The notes: generated by a model not told the origin, from the letters alone. Shown: positions 1 through 8,909, numbered from the stretch's first letter. The stretch: 64,000 nt of DNA from a bacterium (GCA_043797105.1 JAZDPZ010000009.1:44570-108569); one strand, 5' to 3'. Numbers and translations: made by a program.

Positions 1-790
1 TTGTTAAAAATTTCATAACAATATTTAAATTATTCGATATAATTGAAGCAAAGGCATCCATCATGCTGCTTAGAATATTACTGTGTATTTCTACCATTTC
101 AATAGCTTGTTTGTTTTCAATAATAATATCTTCCAAAAAATCTTTCTCTTCTTCATCGACTTTTAATAAATGCATAAAAATTTTATTTTTAAAAAGACGC
201 GATAGTTTTTCCATTACAATTCCATTATCTTTTAGCGCTGTAGTAAAATAAACCAAACTTTTTTCCAGCTCCAAAAGATCAAAAAGAGCTTTATTTTTCA
301 TGGATTTTCTAAGATTCATCTCTATTTCATCTGTCTGTTGATTAATATCTCTTAAATATTTTAAATAAAGTTTTGTTGATCTAAATAAAATTTGAAGTAT
401 AAAAGGCGCTTTTTTTGATGTGTCAAAATATTTGGCATTTTCAGGACTAAAATAAGAAAGAACTTTGTTCTCTTTAAGACAAACAGTAATAAAATAATCC
501 AAAGTAATAATAATACCTAAAGGCAAAGTATCAAAAATATTTTTGCTCTCCATTAAAGGCGCATTTATTATAATCAGCAGACTATTGTCATCTATTTCAA
601 TATGAGGTCGTTCTTCTTCGTCAAGTGAGGTTTTTAAAAAATCCAAAGAAGAAATATCTATAATTTTCGCAACAGTTTTTATTTCCTCAGCAGTAGGATT
701 TATCAAATTAAACCAGCATCCTTTTTCAGAAGAATGCGCGGAAATCTCCTGAAGCGATCCATTTTCTTTGCTTATATATTTATTTAACAT
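1..790 (-). CDS. corA: Magnesium/cobalt transporter CorA, N-terminal part (C-terminus outside window)
   Basis: The minus-strand frame is open from the ATG at 790 to the window edge. It is absent from the ORF track because there is no stop inside the window. My translation MLNKYISKENGSLQEISAHSS...EMVEIHSNILSSMMDAFASIISNNLNIVMKFLT looks like a CorA cytoplasmic domain ending in the conserved pre-TM 'MKxLT' segment. Confidence 0.7.
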   Translation of the reverse strand, partial: MLNKYISKENGSLQEISAHSSEKGCWFNLINPTAEEIKTVAKIIDISSLDFLKTSLDEEERPHIEIDDNSLLIIINAPLMESKNIFDTLPLGIIITLDYFITVCLKENKVLSYFSPENAKYFDTSKKAPFILQILFRSTKLYLKYLRDINQQTDEIEMNLRKSMKNKALFDLLELEKSLVYFTTALKDNGIVMEKLSRLFKNKIFMHLLKVDEEEKDFLEDIIIENKQAIEMVEIHSNILSSMMDAFASIISNNLNIVMKFLT

Positions 791-803
791 AGCAAGTAAT
801 TAT

Positions 804-1616
804 TTAAAAAAATAAGCCCCTTAAAAGCAATAAAAGAATCGTGGCTGCGGTAAGGCTTGTATTCATTGTCTTATATTGTCTTAAAGCAGACATATCTTTA
901 TATATATCACTTGAAGCCTGAGCTTGTATTACAGTAGCTAATCTTTCTAATCTTTCATCAACAGTAGAATCAGAAGAAACCTCATTAAAAATAGAATTTT
1001 CCAGTCGCGCCATCCTGTTTTCAATTGAATCACCTATATATACCTGATTAAAGGTTTGTTTTTCCAATTGAGTTAACAAAGAATTAATAGAATTTTCATC
1101 CATTGAATTGTTTGTTTTAGTAGAAGCAGAAGATTCATTTTGATTTCCAAAGACAACTGAATACAGTCTATTTACTCTTTCATCCCATGTTTCATTAAAA
1201 TTCCGATTAAACATGATTATTTCCAGTCTTTCAATCCGTCTGTTGATATTTTCATTTGAAAAACTTCTGCTTAAAACTTTATTTTCCAGCTCATCTATAA
1301 TATAAGGGTCTATTTGGGGTTCATTTGACAGGGCTGGAGTTGAAACAGGAGTTTTTGAAACCACCTGATATTGATTTTTAAAAGTATTTTTTAATCTTTG
1401 TATTCTTTGCTGGTATGTATCTGCGCTGGCTTTACCAAAAGCATTTATTTCTATACGATTAAGCCTGTTATTAACAGAATCGTTTTGAAACTGCGCATTA
1501 AATAAATTTTGTTCAATATTTGAAATATAGTCTTTATCGTCAAAAGCTTCAACTCTTAAGCATACAAATAAAATTAAAACTGAAATTAAAATCAAAAAAA
1601 TTTTAAATTTTTTCAT
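804..1616 (-). CDS. Secreted repeat protein of unknown function (signal peptide plus 3 long repeats)
   Basis: The N-terminus MKKFKIFLILISVLILFVCLRVEA is signal-peptide-like. The protein has three ~45-aa repeats, each with paired motifs such as NRLNRIEINAFG / QRIQRLKNTF, RRIERLEIIMFN / ERVNRLYSVVFG and NRMARLENSIFN / ERLERLATVI. The C-terminus is a hydrophobic tail. The start overlaps the upstream ORF by 14 nt. Confidence 0.6.
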   Translation of the reverse strand: MKKFKIFLILISVLILFVCLRVEAFDDKDYISNIEQNLFNAQFQNDSVNNRLNRIEINAFGKASADTYQQRIQRLKNTFKNQYQVVSKTPVSTPALSNEPQIDPYIIDELENKVLSRSFSNENINRRIERLEIIMFNRNFNETWDERVNRLYSVVFGNQNESSASTKTNNSMDENSINSLLTQLEKQTFNQVYIGDSIENRMARLENSIFNEVSSDSTVDERLERLATVIQAQASSDIYKDMSALRQYKTMNTSLTAATILLLLLRGLFF

Positions 1617-2547
1617 CTGTAGTATTTTCCAGGTTTGCCAGTGCTTTTACCACTGCTTTATTATCTCTTCTTGCTCCAATAATTAAATAATACATTTTAT
1701 CTTGCTCAAATTTCACTAATTTATCATTAAGATAACAGGCTAGATTTTTTGTATTATGATCCTGTTTTATAGAAGAATAAGCTTCTACATTAAACTTGTC
1801 ATAGATATTTAAAATTTCAATATTAGCTTTTATTGTTTTGCTGTTTTTAGCCAGAATTTCTCTAAAATTATCCATTTCATTCCTTGAAAAATATGATTTA
1901 TAAACAGATTTTTTAATTACAGGAATTTTATACAAAATTTTCTTGTTAATTTTACGGATATAAGGAAAAATTTTAACTATTTCTTCTGTTATTCTTGTTT
2001 TTTGATCAATTTTTATGATGTTGTTTTCAATATTATTGAATATTGTTTTACAAGCTAAAACAATATCCCTATCAGGCGATTTATTTATTTTTGCGGATAA
2101 TTTTAAAGGATAATTTCTATATAGAGTTAAAATATTAAAATTAGAATGTTTCCATTTGATTGAAGTATGAATTGGCTCGCTTAATATTATATTTGGAAGC
2201 TTGATCTTAAAATATTCAGGATTTTCATTGAATTTTACAGTGTATTCAATATTTTTTCTCCTGATTAAAACATAAAGAGAATTTAATTTTTTAATATTTA
2301 TATTTTTTGATAAAGTTTTAGAATCTTTGATTTCCAAAGGAAATTCATTAAAATTGTAAAAATATACAGAAACTTTTAAGCCTGTTAACTTAGCTACCAG
2401 GAAATAATATAATTTTTTCAGGTTAATTTCTTTACTAAGTAAGTGGGTAATATACACCCACCCCCCTCGAGGGAGGGGAATTAGACTAGGGTAGGGCTTC
2501 GCCCTACACCAAACCCATTTTTTAAAAAGTAAAAATTTATTGTTCAT
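1603..2547 (-). CDS. Hypothetical Lys/Asn/Ile-rich protein; first ~35 codons are encoded by a repeat element
   Basis: This is a 314-aa ORF with an ATG start and tight operon spacing. I recognise no motif. The N-terminal WVWCRAKPYPSLIPLPRGGWVYITHL is the translation of repeat family 2, so the true start is uncertain. Confidence 0.45.
   Translation of the reverse strand: MNNKFLLFKKWVWCRAKPYPSLIPLPRGGWVYITHLLSKEINLKKLYYFLVAKLTGLKVSVYFYNFNEFPLEIKDSKTLSKNINIKKLNSLYVLIRRKNIEYTVKFNENPEYFKIKLPNIILSEPIHTSIKWKHSNFNILTLYRNYPLKLSAKINKSPDRDIVLACKTIFNNIENNIIKIDQKTRITEEIVKIFPYIRKINKKILYKIPVIKKSVYKSYFSRNEMDNFREILAKNSKTIKANIEILNIYDKFNVEAYSSIKQDHNTKNLACYLNDKLVKFEQDKMYYLIIGARRDNKAVVKALANLENTTDEKI
2438..2512 (+). 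repeat. Structured repeat family 2, copy 1
   Basis: 'aagtgggtaatatacacccacccccctcgagggaggggaattagactagggtagggcttcgccctacacc' is shared with 27850-27937 and 27964-28077. It contains three successive hairpins: gtgggt/acccac, ccctc/gaggg and tagggc/gcccta. Confidence 0.65.
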
Positions 2548-2574
2548 TACTTAACTTAAATAAAAGTAAAAAAG

Positions 2575-3129
2575 TTAAATTTCCTGATTGCATATTAATT
2601 CTAATGTTTTATTAATTCTTGTAAGAGGTTCGTCTATATCTATAAAGTTCCCGACTTCTGTCAGTGTTTTTATAATTGAGCTGAATTTCTCATTTTCTTC
2701 ACAGTTAAAATCATGATTAAACTGTAATCTTACAGGACAACTTGAATGTGAGGTTTGGAGCAAAAATTCTGATTTTTTTACTTTAGAAATTTCTCCGGGT
2801 TCAGACATAGGAGATGTTTTGGTTGGTGAGACTCTGACAATAGTTGTATTATCGGATTTATAATGTAAAAGACTGTCATCCTGAACCAGTAAAACTTCGA
2901 TTTTATTTGAAATAGCCTTTATCAAACTGTCTGTTATTACATCAAGCTTGATATATTTTTCTAATCCTTCTCCGTACAGTACCTGCTGAATTTTAGTTGG
3001 AATAATAGGATCAGTATATCTGAATTCCAGAGGAAACCCTTTATAATCAGTTATTAAAACAGCGCCAATATATCCTGTGCCTGATGAATATGCAGCTCCG
3101 TAAGCCAGTTTGATTTGTTCAAAGCTCAT
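2575..3129 (-). CDS. Hypothetical protein co-transcribed with the sigma factor
   Basis: This 184-aa ORF starts 3 nt after the sigma-factor stop. I recognise no family. Confidence 0.55.
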   Translation of the reverse strand: MSFEQIKLAYGAAYSSGTGYIGAVLITDYKGFPLEFRYTDPIIPTKIQQVLYGEGLEKYIKLDVITDSLIKAISNKIEVLLVQDDSLLHYKSDNTTIVRVSPTKTSPMSEPGEISKVKKSEFLLQTSHSSCPVRLQFNHDFNCEENEKFSSIIKTLTEVGNFIDIDEPLTRINKTLELICNQEI

Positions 3130-3132
3130 TTT

Positions 3133-3963
3133 TTATATTATTCTCTTTCTTGAAGATCTGGAATTTAATAATTTTCTCAGCCGCATGATTGCCTGAGCAT
3201 GAAGCTGACAAACTCTTGATTCTGAAATAGATATAGCTTCTCCTATTTCCTTTAGAGTCATATTTTCATGATAATAAAGAGCTAAAATCATTCTTTCTCT
3301 TTCAGGCAATCTTGTTAAAGCAAGAGATAAATCTTTTTTAACATCTATTGTTTCAAGTTCATCCAATGGATTTAATGTTCCGTCCTGGATAGTGTCTATT
3401 ATTGCCAAACCATCAAATACAGTGTCTTTGCTATTATCATATATTGAAATTATTGTATTATTTTCTATCTCAGCTATAGCCATTTGCACTCTTTCCTTTG
3501 AAATATTTAATTCTTCAGCGACCTCTTCGTTAGTTGGCGTTCTTTCCAATTTTATTTGGAGGTTTAACATAGCTTTTTGAACTTTTTTGAGCCGTCTTCG
3601 TGTGCCTTTTGGCATCCAATCCAATTCTCTTAATTGATCAATTATTGATCCTCTGATACGCATAAGCGCATAAGTTTCAAATCTTACTCCCTTACTTGGC
3701 ACAAAGCGTTTAATAGCGTCAATTAATCCTTCAACTCCGTAACTGCTAATATCTTCTGTTGTAATAGAACTTGGAAGAGTCATTCTTAAACGTCCAACAA
3801 CATACTTAACCAAATAAATATATTGAATAATCAGTTTATCTCTAAATTCTTTGTTTGATTTATCAGCAATATATTGAACCCATATTTTATCAATTTCCGG
3901 ATCCAACATTTTTGGAGTTTTTTGTTTTCTTGTTTCAATTTTGATACTTTTTGCAGTATCCAT
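3133..3963 (-). CDS. Group 3 sigma-70 family RNA polymerase sigma factor (FliA/WhiG/SigF-like)
   Basis: Region 2 is YLVKYVVGRL...GVEGLIDAIKRF...FETYALMRIRGSIIDQLR. Regions 3 and 4 are TPTNEEVAEELNIS and LPERERMILALYYHENMTLKEIGEAISISESRVCQLHAQAIMRLR. Size and architecture are typical of sigma-28-type factors. Confidence 0.85.
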   Translation of the reverse strand: MDTAKSIKIETRKQKTPKMLDPEIDKIWVQYIADKSNKEFRDKLIIQYIYLVKYVVGRLRMTLPSSITTEDISSYGVEGLIDAIKRFVPSKGVRFETYALMRIRGSIIDQLRELDWMPKGTRRRLKKVQKAMLNLQIKLERTPTNEEVAEELNISKERVQMAIAEIENNTIISIYDNSKDTVFDGLAIIDTIQDGTLNPLDELETIDVKKDLSLALTRLPERERMILALYYHENMTLKEIGEAISISESRVCQLHAQAIMRLRKLLNSRSSRKRII

Positions 3964-4099
3964 TTATACCCTTTAATCTTCCCACGTAAAATTTGTTAGT
4001 AACCCACGGAGAAAAAAATTTTCTCTCTACCTTAAATTTTAATGAGCTAGATTAAGAAGTCATCATTCAAAGGTTGTAATTTATCCAAAATACATAAAT

Positions 4100-5356
4100 T
4101 TATTGTTTATTATTTAATCTGATATCAGAAGATAATTTATGCGCGTACAATCCCTCAACTTGCGCAATTTTTGAGGCAATAGGGCATAGTTTTGACTGCG
4201 CGGCATGTTTAGATATTTTTTGAAAAGTTTGAATTTTTACAAAATCAAATACGCTTAAACCACCTGTATATCTGGCAATACCATTTGTCGGAAGTATATG
4301 ATTTGTGCCGCTGCAATAATCTCCAAAAACTTCAGCTGAATAATTCCCTATAAATAAAGAGCCATAATTTTTAAATTTATCAATATACTCATCAGCCTTG
4401 CTAAAACATATTTCAAGATGCTCAGGAGCTTTTTTATTTGCAATTTCTACAGCTTTGTCAAAGTCTTTAACCAGTATAATTACACCATTTTTAAGAGATT
4501 CTTTTGCAATATCCGAAGTTTTTAAATCAAGCAAAAATTCATCTATTTTTTTAATGACTTGTTGAGCCATTTTTTTTGAATCAGTTATTAAATAAGCTCT
4601 TGCTTCTTTATCGTGTTCAGCCTGAGCTAATAAATCCGCTGCAATAAATGCAAAATTCGCAGTTTCATCAGCTATAATCATAACTTCACTTGGTCCTGCC
4701 AAAAAATCAATTCCACATACTCCATAAACTTCTTTTTTAGCAGCAGTTACGAATTTATTTCCAGGACCTACTATTTTATCTACCTTTGGAATGGATTCTG
4801 TTCCATAAGCCATTGCAGCAACAGCTTGAACTCCGCCTGCATTAAATATCATATCTGCTCCGGCTAACTTGCATGCAGCAATTGTAACAGGTTGTATTTT
4901 AGGACTACAGGCTATAATTTCTTTTACTCCGGCTATTTTTGCAGGAATTATTGACATAATGGCAGATGACGGAAGAGGATAATTTCCTCCCGGAATATAA
5001 ACTCCTGCTTTATCAATAGGGATTACTTTATGTCCAAGCTTTATGCCATCAAAATCAAGTTCAAGATTTTTTAAAATACTAAATTGAGCTTCTGCAAATC
5101 TTTTTACATTGGATATAGCAGTATTCAGGCTGTTAATTACATCTTCTGAAATCTCATCTAAAGCTTTTTCTATGTCTTCATCACTAATAAAAAAATTATT
5201 GCCGTCAAAATCTCCAAATTTTCTGCTGTATTCAATTACGCTTTTATCACCGTTATTTTTAACATCAGAGATAATTTTAGATACTGATTCTATGTCTGAA
5301 AACTCTTTATATTCAAAAAAATCGCTTTTTAGTTCGTGTGATTCCAGTATTTTCAT
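4100..5356 (-). CDS. hisD: Histidinol dehydrogenase
   Basis: The 418-aa product carries the conserved blocks GVYIPGG..PLPSS, GGVQAVAAMAYGTESIPKVDKIVGPGN, LLAQAEHD and GDYCSGTNHILPT. Confidence 0.9.
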   Translation of the reverse strand: MKILESHELKSDFFEYKEFSDIESVSKIISDVKNNGDKSVIEYSRKFGDFDGNNFFISDEDIEKALDEISEDVINSLNTAISNVKRFAEAQFSILKNLELDFDGIKLGHKVIPIDKAGVYIPGGNYPLPSSAIMSIIPAKIAGVKEIIACSPKIQPVTIAACKLAGADMIFNAGGVQAVAAMAYGTESIPKVDKIVGPGNKFVTAAKKEVYGVCGIDFLAGPSEVMIIADETANFAFIAADLLAQAEHDKEARAYLITDSKKMAQQVIKKIDEFLLDLKTSDIAKESLKNGVIILVKDFDKAVEIANKKAPEHLEICFSKADEYIDKFKNYGSLFIGNYSAEVFGDYCSGTNHILPTNGIARYTGGLSVFDFVKIQTFQKISKHAAQSKLCPIASKIAQVEGLYAHKLSSDIRLNNKQ

Positions 5357-6579
5357 TTTCTTCTTGAAGCAAGTTGATTTATTACATCATCTATAGTTAT
5401 ATTATTTTTCACCATAAGGGCAAGCACAAAATACGTTAAATCAGCTATTTCCCAAGAAAGTTCATCTTTTGAAACAGCCTGAATTACCTCAAATGCTTCT
5501 TCATTTATTTTTCGCTTTAACAGATTCTCATCTTTAAAGAGCTTTGTAGTAAAAGAACTTTCCGGCATTTTTTCAAGTCTTTCAACAAGAATTTCATAAA
5601 GCGAATTTAGATTAAATTCTTTATTTTCAAAGCATGAATACTTTCCTGTATGGCATGCAAAGCCTGTCTGTATTACTTTATAAAGCAATGCATCCTTATC
5701 ACAGTCATATTTTGCGCTAATTAATTTTTGAACATTGCCGGAAGTCTCGCCTTTAGTCCAGAGAGAATTTCTTGATCTGCTAAAATAAGTTGCTTTGCCT
5801 GTTTCAAGAGATTTTTTAACAGAAGTCCCGTTGCTAAAAGCCAGCATTAGAACCTGTTTTGAATAAAAATCCTGAACAATCGTTGCAATTAACCCGTTAT
5901 TTTTTTCAAAATCCAATAAAGAAGTAAAGGCTTCCAGAAGGTCAATTTTTCCTGTATAAATACCCATGCCGAGCTGACAGCTGGTATTTATTTTGTCAAG
6001 TTCGATAATTTCCTCTATTGAGCTTATACCGCCGGCAGCAACAAGCTCTTTATCCGTAATTGATCTTATATATTTTATGGATTCAAGGTCTGTGCCCTGC
6101 ATCATGCCTTCTTTTTCAACTATAGTATAAAGATAGCCCGAACAAAAATTATCAAATCTCTTTACAAGCTCTTCCGGTGTATTATTTGATTCTTTTTGCC
6201 AGCCCTCTGTAACTACTCTGCCTTTGTTTGAATCTATTGCAACAAGTATTTTATTTTTAGGAAGCTGACTTAAAAACTCTTCAGAAGCTTTAGTGCCAAT
6301 GATTATTTTTTTTGCGCCATTTGCAATGATTTGTTTTGCTTTTTCTATAGTTCTTATACCGCCGCCAACTCTACATTCCGTTATTTTACAAAGTTTTTTA
6401 ATAATTTCTGAGTTATCGCCCCTGCCAAGTGCTGCATCAAGATCAATTACAGCAATTTCACCAAACCTGCCAAAATACTCTGCAAGCTCAAAAATATTTT
6501 CTCTTTCGAGCATTTTTTCTTTGCCTTGTTTGAGTTGGACAGCTTTTCCATCCATTATATCTATGCTTGGTATTATCAT
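5353..6579 (-). CDS. Fusion protein: HisA-like (beta/alpha)8 isomerase + PR-AMP cyclohydrolase (HisI) + PR-ATP pyrophosphatase (HisE)
   Basis: The N-terminus MIIPSIDIMDGKAVQLKQGK...VGGGIRT...AAGGISS is HisA/HisF-fold. The middle segment ATIVQD...VLMLAFSN...YFSRSRNSLWTKGETSGN...DCDKDALLYKV...ACHTGKYSCF is HisI. The C-terminus SFTTKLF...KINEEAFEV...EIADLTYFVLALM is HisE. There is a 4-nt overlap with hisD. Confidence 0.8.
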   Translation of the reverse strand: MIIPSIDIMDGKAVQLKQGKEKMLERENIFELAEYFGRFGEIAVIDLDAALGRGDNSEIIKKLCKITECRVGGGIRTIEKAKQIIANGAKKIIIGTKASEEFLSQLPKNKILVAIDSNKGRVVTEGWQKESNNTPEELVKRFDNFCSGYLYTIVEKEGMMQGTDLESIKYIRSITDKELVAAGGISSIEEIIELDKINTSCQLGMGIYTGKIDLLEAFTSLLDFEKNNGLIATIVQDFYSKQVLMLAFSNGTSVKKSLETGKATYFSRSRNSLWTKGETSGNVQKLISAKYDCDKDALLYKVIQTGFACHTGKYSCFENKEFNLNSLYEILVERLEKMPESSFTTKLFKDENLLKRKINEEAFEVIQAVSKDELSWEIADLTYFVLALMVKNNITIDDVINQLASRRK

Positions 6580-6582
6580 TTT

Positions 6583-6747
6583 TTAACCAGCTTGTTTTTT
6601 CTTGATTTCTAATGCTGCATTATGTGAGAGCACATAAACAGCGCAGGTTTTATAACTCTTCATATACCAGGCACAGGTTTCTTCAACACAAATTTGTGGT
6701 ATTTCGTTTCCTGCGCTCATAAGAGGACATATTGGAGTTTGGGTCAT
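6583..6747 (-). CDS. Small Cys-rich protein (54 aa), unannotated in ORF track
   Basis: AAGGAG sits 6 nt upstream of the ATG at 6747. The translation is MTQTPICPLMSAGNEIPQICVEETCAWYMKSYKTCAVYVLSHNAALEIKKKQAG, with 4 Cys. The stop is 3 nt before the his fusion start. Confidence 0.45.
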   Translation of the reverse strand: MTQTPICPLMSAGNEIPQICVEETCAWYMKSYKTCAVYVLSHNAALEIKKKQAG

Positions 6748-6774
6748 ATTTGTATCTCCTTGTTTTTCAAATAC

Positions 6775-8565
6775 CTACATTGATTCCGGAGCAGAAACTC
6801 CGAGCAAACTTAAAGCATTATAAAGCACTTGCTTTGTAGCATAAACAAGAGATAATCTGGCTTTCATAACTGATTCTTCAACATTTAGAACCCTTGAAAA
6901 AGTGTAAAAATAATGAAAATCTCCTGCTAATTCCTGAATATATCTGGCTATCACATTGGGAGCTCTTAATTTTAAAGCAACAAGAACAGTATCTTTAAAG
7001 GATTCAAGCTTTACAGCAAGATTTCTTGTTGATTCCAGTTCTTTTTCGTCTTTTGTATGCCATAGGGCATCTAAAAGAATTATATCAAATTTTTCAGAGT
7101 TAATAATATTATCCAAATTTTCCCTGCTCATAAGCGGGGGCAGGATATTTTTTTTATCCTGGTCAAATCTTTCTGCTAAAGCGGTTCTTAAAATGCTTGA
7201 TGCTCTGGCATGGGCATATTGAACGTAATAAACAGGATTTTCATCAGAACATGATTTTGCAAGCTCTACATCAAAGTCAAGAGTAGTATCAATGCTTCTC
7301 ATAATCATCCAGAAACGTGTTGCGTCAATTCCAACTTCATTAACAAGCTCTTCCATTGTGAGCATTTTCTTTCTTTTGCCCATTCTTACCTGTTCTCCAT
7401 CTACAATGAGATTAACAAGCTGTCCAAGAAGAACTTCTAAACAATCATTGTCATATCCTAATGCTTCAATAGATGCTTTTATTCTTGGAACATAACCATG
7501 ATGATCCGCTCCCCAGATATTTATAAGCTTATCAAAGCCTCTTTTTAGCTTATCATAATGATATGCAATATCAGCCGTAAGATAAGTATAAGCTCCATCT
7601 GATTTTATAATAACTCTATCCTGATCGTCCCCATATTTAGAGGATTTAAACCATACTGCTCCGTCCTTTTCATAAATTTCATCCTGAATTTTTAGTTTTT
7701 CAATGGCTTCTTTAACTTTTCCTCTTTCATGAAGAGTTGATTCACTGTACCAGAAGTCAAAATCAACTTTAAACCTATATAATAAATCCTTTTGTTCCTG
7801 CAATAACAATGCCTTTGCATAATCAGACATTTCTTTTATTATAATCACGGAGGGATTATAGGGATCAGGATTATTTTCATAAAATTTTAGAGCTTTTTCT
7901 TTATTTTCTTTTAGATAATTTTGAGCAATATCCAGAAGATACTTGCCAGGATAATAATTTTTAGAGCCTTCTTCTTCTGTTTCAGGAAATTTTACGTCAT
8001 ATTCAAGAGTTTGCAGTACTCTTAACCAAAATGATTTCCCAAGACTATTGATTTGATTGCCAATATCATTTATATAAAATTCCTGAAGAACTTTATATCC
8101 TGAAAAATCCATCAAATTAGCCAAAGCGCTGCCGACAGCAGCCCATCTGCCATGCCCTATATGCAAAGGACCGGTAGGATTTGCGGAAACATATTCTAAA
8201 AGAACTTTTTCTGAGTTTCCAGAATCATTCCTGCCAAATTCATTTTTTTTCTCAATTATTGACTTTAAATTATTATTAAGCCAGCTATAGCCGAGCTTAA
8301 AATTTATAAAACCGTTTATTGCATTTATTTCAACATCTTTCATTTTAATATATGGCAAAATAACCTGAGCTATTTGAGAAGGGGGTATTTTAGCAAATTT
8401 TGCAAGCGAAGAAATATTTATGGCATAATCACCAAATTCAGGATTTTTTGTTTTTTCAACAGCCAAGTTTTCAGATAATCCTGATTTTAATTGTCCAAGA
8501 TTTCCTGATTTTGCTGCCTGGTCAATTGCATTTATAATTTCATCAAAAATTTGTTGTTTAATCAT
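6775..8565 (-). CDS. argS: Arginine--tRNA ligase
   Basis: The 596-aa product has the class I HIGH motif (PTGPLHIGHGR), a KMSK-like MGKRKK, and the C-terminal DALR anticodon-binding region ending in ...PESM. Confidence 0.95.
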   Translation of the reverse strand: MIKQQIFDEIINAIDQAAKSGNLGQLKSGLSENLAVEKTKNPEFGDYAINISSLAKFAKIPPSQIAQVILPYIKMKDVEINAINGFINFKLGYSWLNNNLKSIIEKKNEFGRNDSGNSEKVLLEYVSANPTGPLHIGHGRWAAVGSALANLMDFSGYKVLQEFYINDIGNQINSLGKSFWLRVLQTLEYDVKFPETEEEGSKNYYPGKYLLDIAQNYLKENKEKALKFYENNPDPYNPSVIIIKEMSDYAKALLLQEQKDLLYRFKVDFDFWYSESTLHERGKVKEAIEKLKIQDEIYEKDGAVWFKSSKYGDDQDRVIIKSDGAYTYLTADIAYHYDKLKRGFDKLINIWGADHHGYVPRIKASIEALGYDNDCLEVLLGQLVNLIVDGEQVRMGKRKKMLTMEELVNEVGIDATRFWMIMRSIDTTLDFDVELAKSCSDENPVYYVQYAHARASSILRTALAERFDQDKKNILPPLMSRENLDNIINSEKFDIILLDALWHTKDEKELESTRNLAVKLESFKDTVLVALKLRAPNVIARYIQELAGDFHYFYTFSRVLNVEESVMKARLSLVYATKQVLYNALSLLGVSAPESM

Positions 8566-8717
8566 TATTTTTCCTGAGAATTTGTTTTAGAACTTTGTTG
8601 ACTGCCTCCTTGTCCTTTTATTGGAGAGCTGGGTCTTGGAGTCGTAGGAGGATCATTTTTTCCACCTCTAAGCACAGCGCCTTCAATAATTTCTAAATAA
8701 TTTTGAGTTTTATCCAT
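8565..8717 (-). CDS. Small Pro/Gly/Gln-rich peptide (50 aa), copy 1; stop overlaps argS ATG (TAATG)
   Basis: GGAGG lies upstream of the ATG at 8717. The translation is MDKTQNYLEIIEGAVLRGGKNDPPTTPRPSSPIKGQGGSQQSSKTNSQEK. It is below the ORF-track size cutoff. Confidence 0.45.
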   Translation of the reverse strand: MDKTQNYLEIIEGAVLRGGKNDPPTTPRPSSPIKGQGGSQQSSKTNSQEK

Positions 8718-8764
8718 AAAAAAAACCTCCTTATTTTAATTCGCTAAATTCAGTTGTTTAATCA

Positions 8765-8908
8765 TTATTTTTCCTGAGAATTTGTTTTAGAACTTTGTTG
8801 ACCGCCTCCTTGTCCTTTTATGGGGGAGTTAGGTCTTGGAGTTGTAGGAGGATCATTATGTCCTCCTTTAATTATAGGTCCTTCTGTAATTCGTTTATTT
8901 TTATCCAT
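8765..8908 (-). CDS. Small Pro/Gly/Gln-rich peptide (47 aa), copy 2 (paralog)
   Basis: AGGAGG lies 6 nt upstream of the internal ATG at 8908. The translation is MDKNKRITEGPIIKGGHNDPPTTPRPNSPIKGQGGGQQSSKTNSQEK. The longer track ORF (to 8947) overlaps the upstream gene and lacks an RBS. Confidence 0.45.
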   Translation of the reverse strand: MDKNKRITEGPIIKGGHNDPPTTPRPNSPIKGQGGGQQSSKTNSQEK

Positions 8909-8909
8909 A

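Noticed and set aside
63-251. Plus-strand 62-aa ORF
   Set aside because: It is a shadow ORF antisense to the CorA coding frame, with low-complexity Ser/Ile-rich translation typical of AT-rich antisense frames. The same reasoning applies to track ORFs 3392-3580, 5109-5396, 6293-6586, 6956-7222, 7292-7495, 10764-10955, 12173-12469, 19225-19503, 21222-21419, 24063-24293, 24726-24929, 25331-25564, 27082-27342, 28445-28627, 33897-34112, 35201-35395, 35593-35838, 36015-36215, 36504-36740, 39985-40239, 44924-45214, 45910-46140, 47329-47544, 50760-51065, 51336-51590, 51954-52205, 52431-52613, 52679-53167, 53494-53748, 53842-54027, 54166-54423, 55009-55203, 59013-59207, 59585-59848 and 62261-62569.
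4008-4027. Hairpin 'gagaaaaaaattttctc' after hisD as a terminator
   Set aside because: The stem is AT-rich with a 3-nt loop, and it is not followed by a T-tract on the minus strand. It is too weak to annotate.
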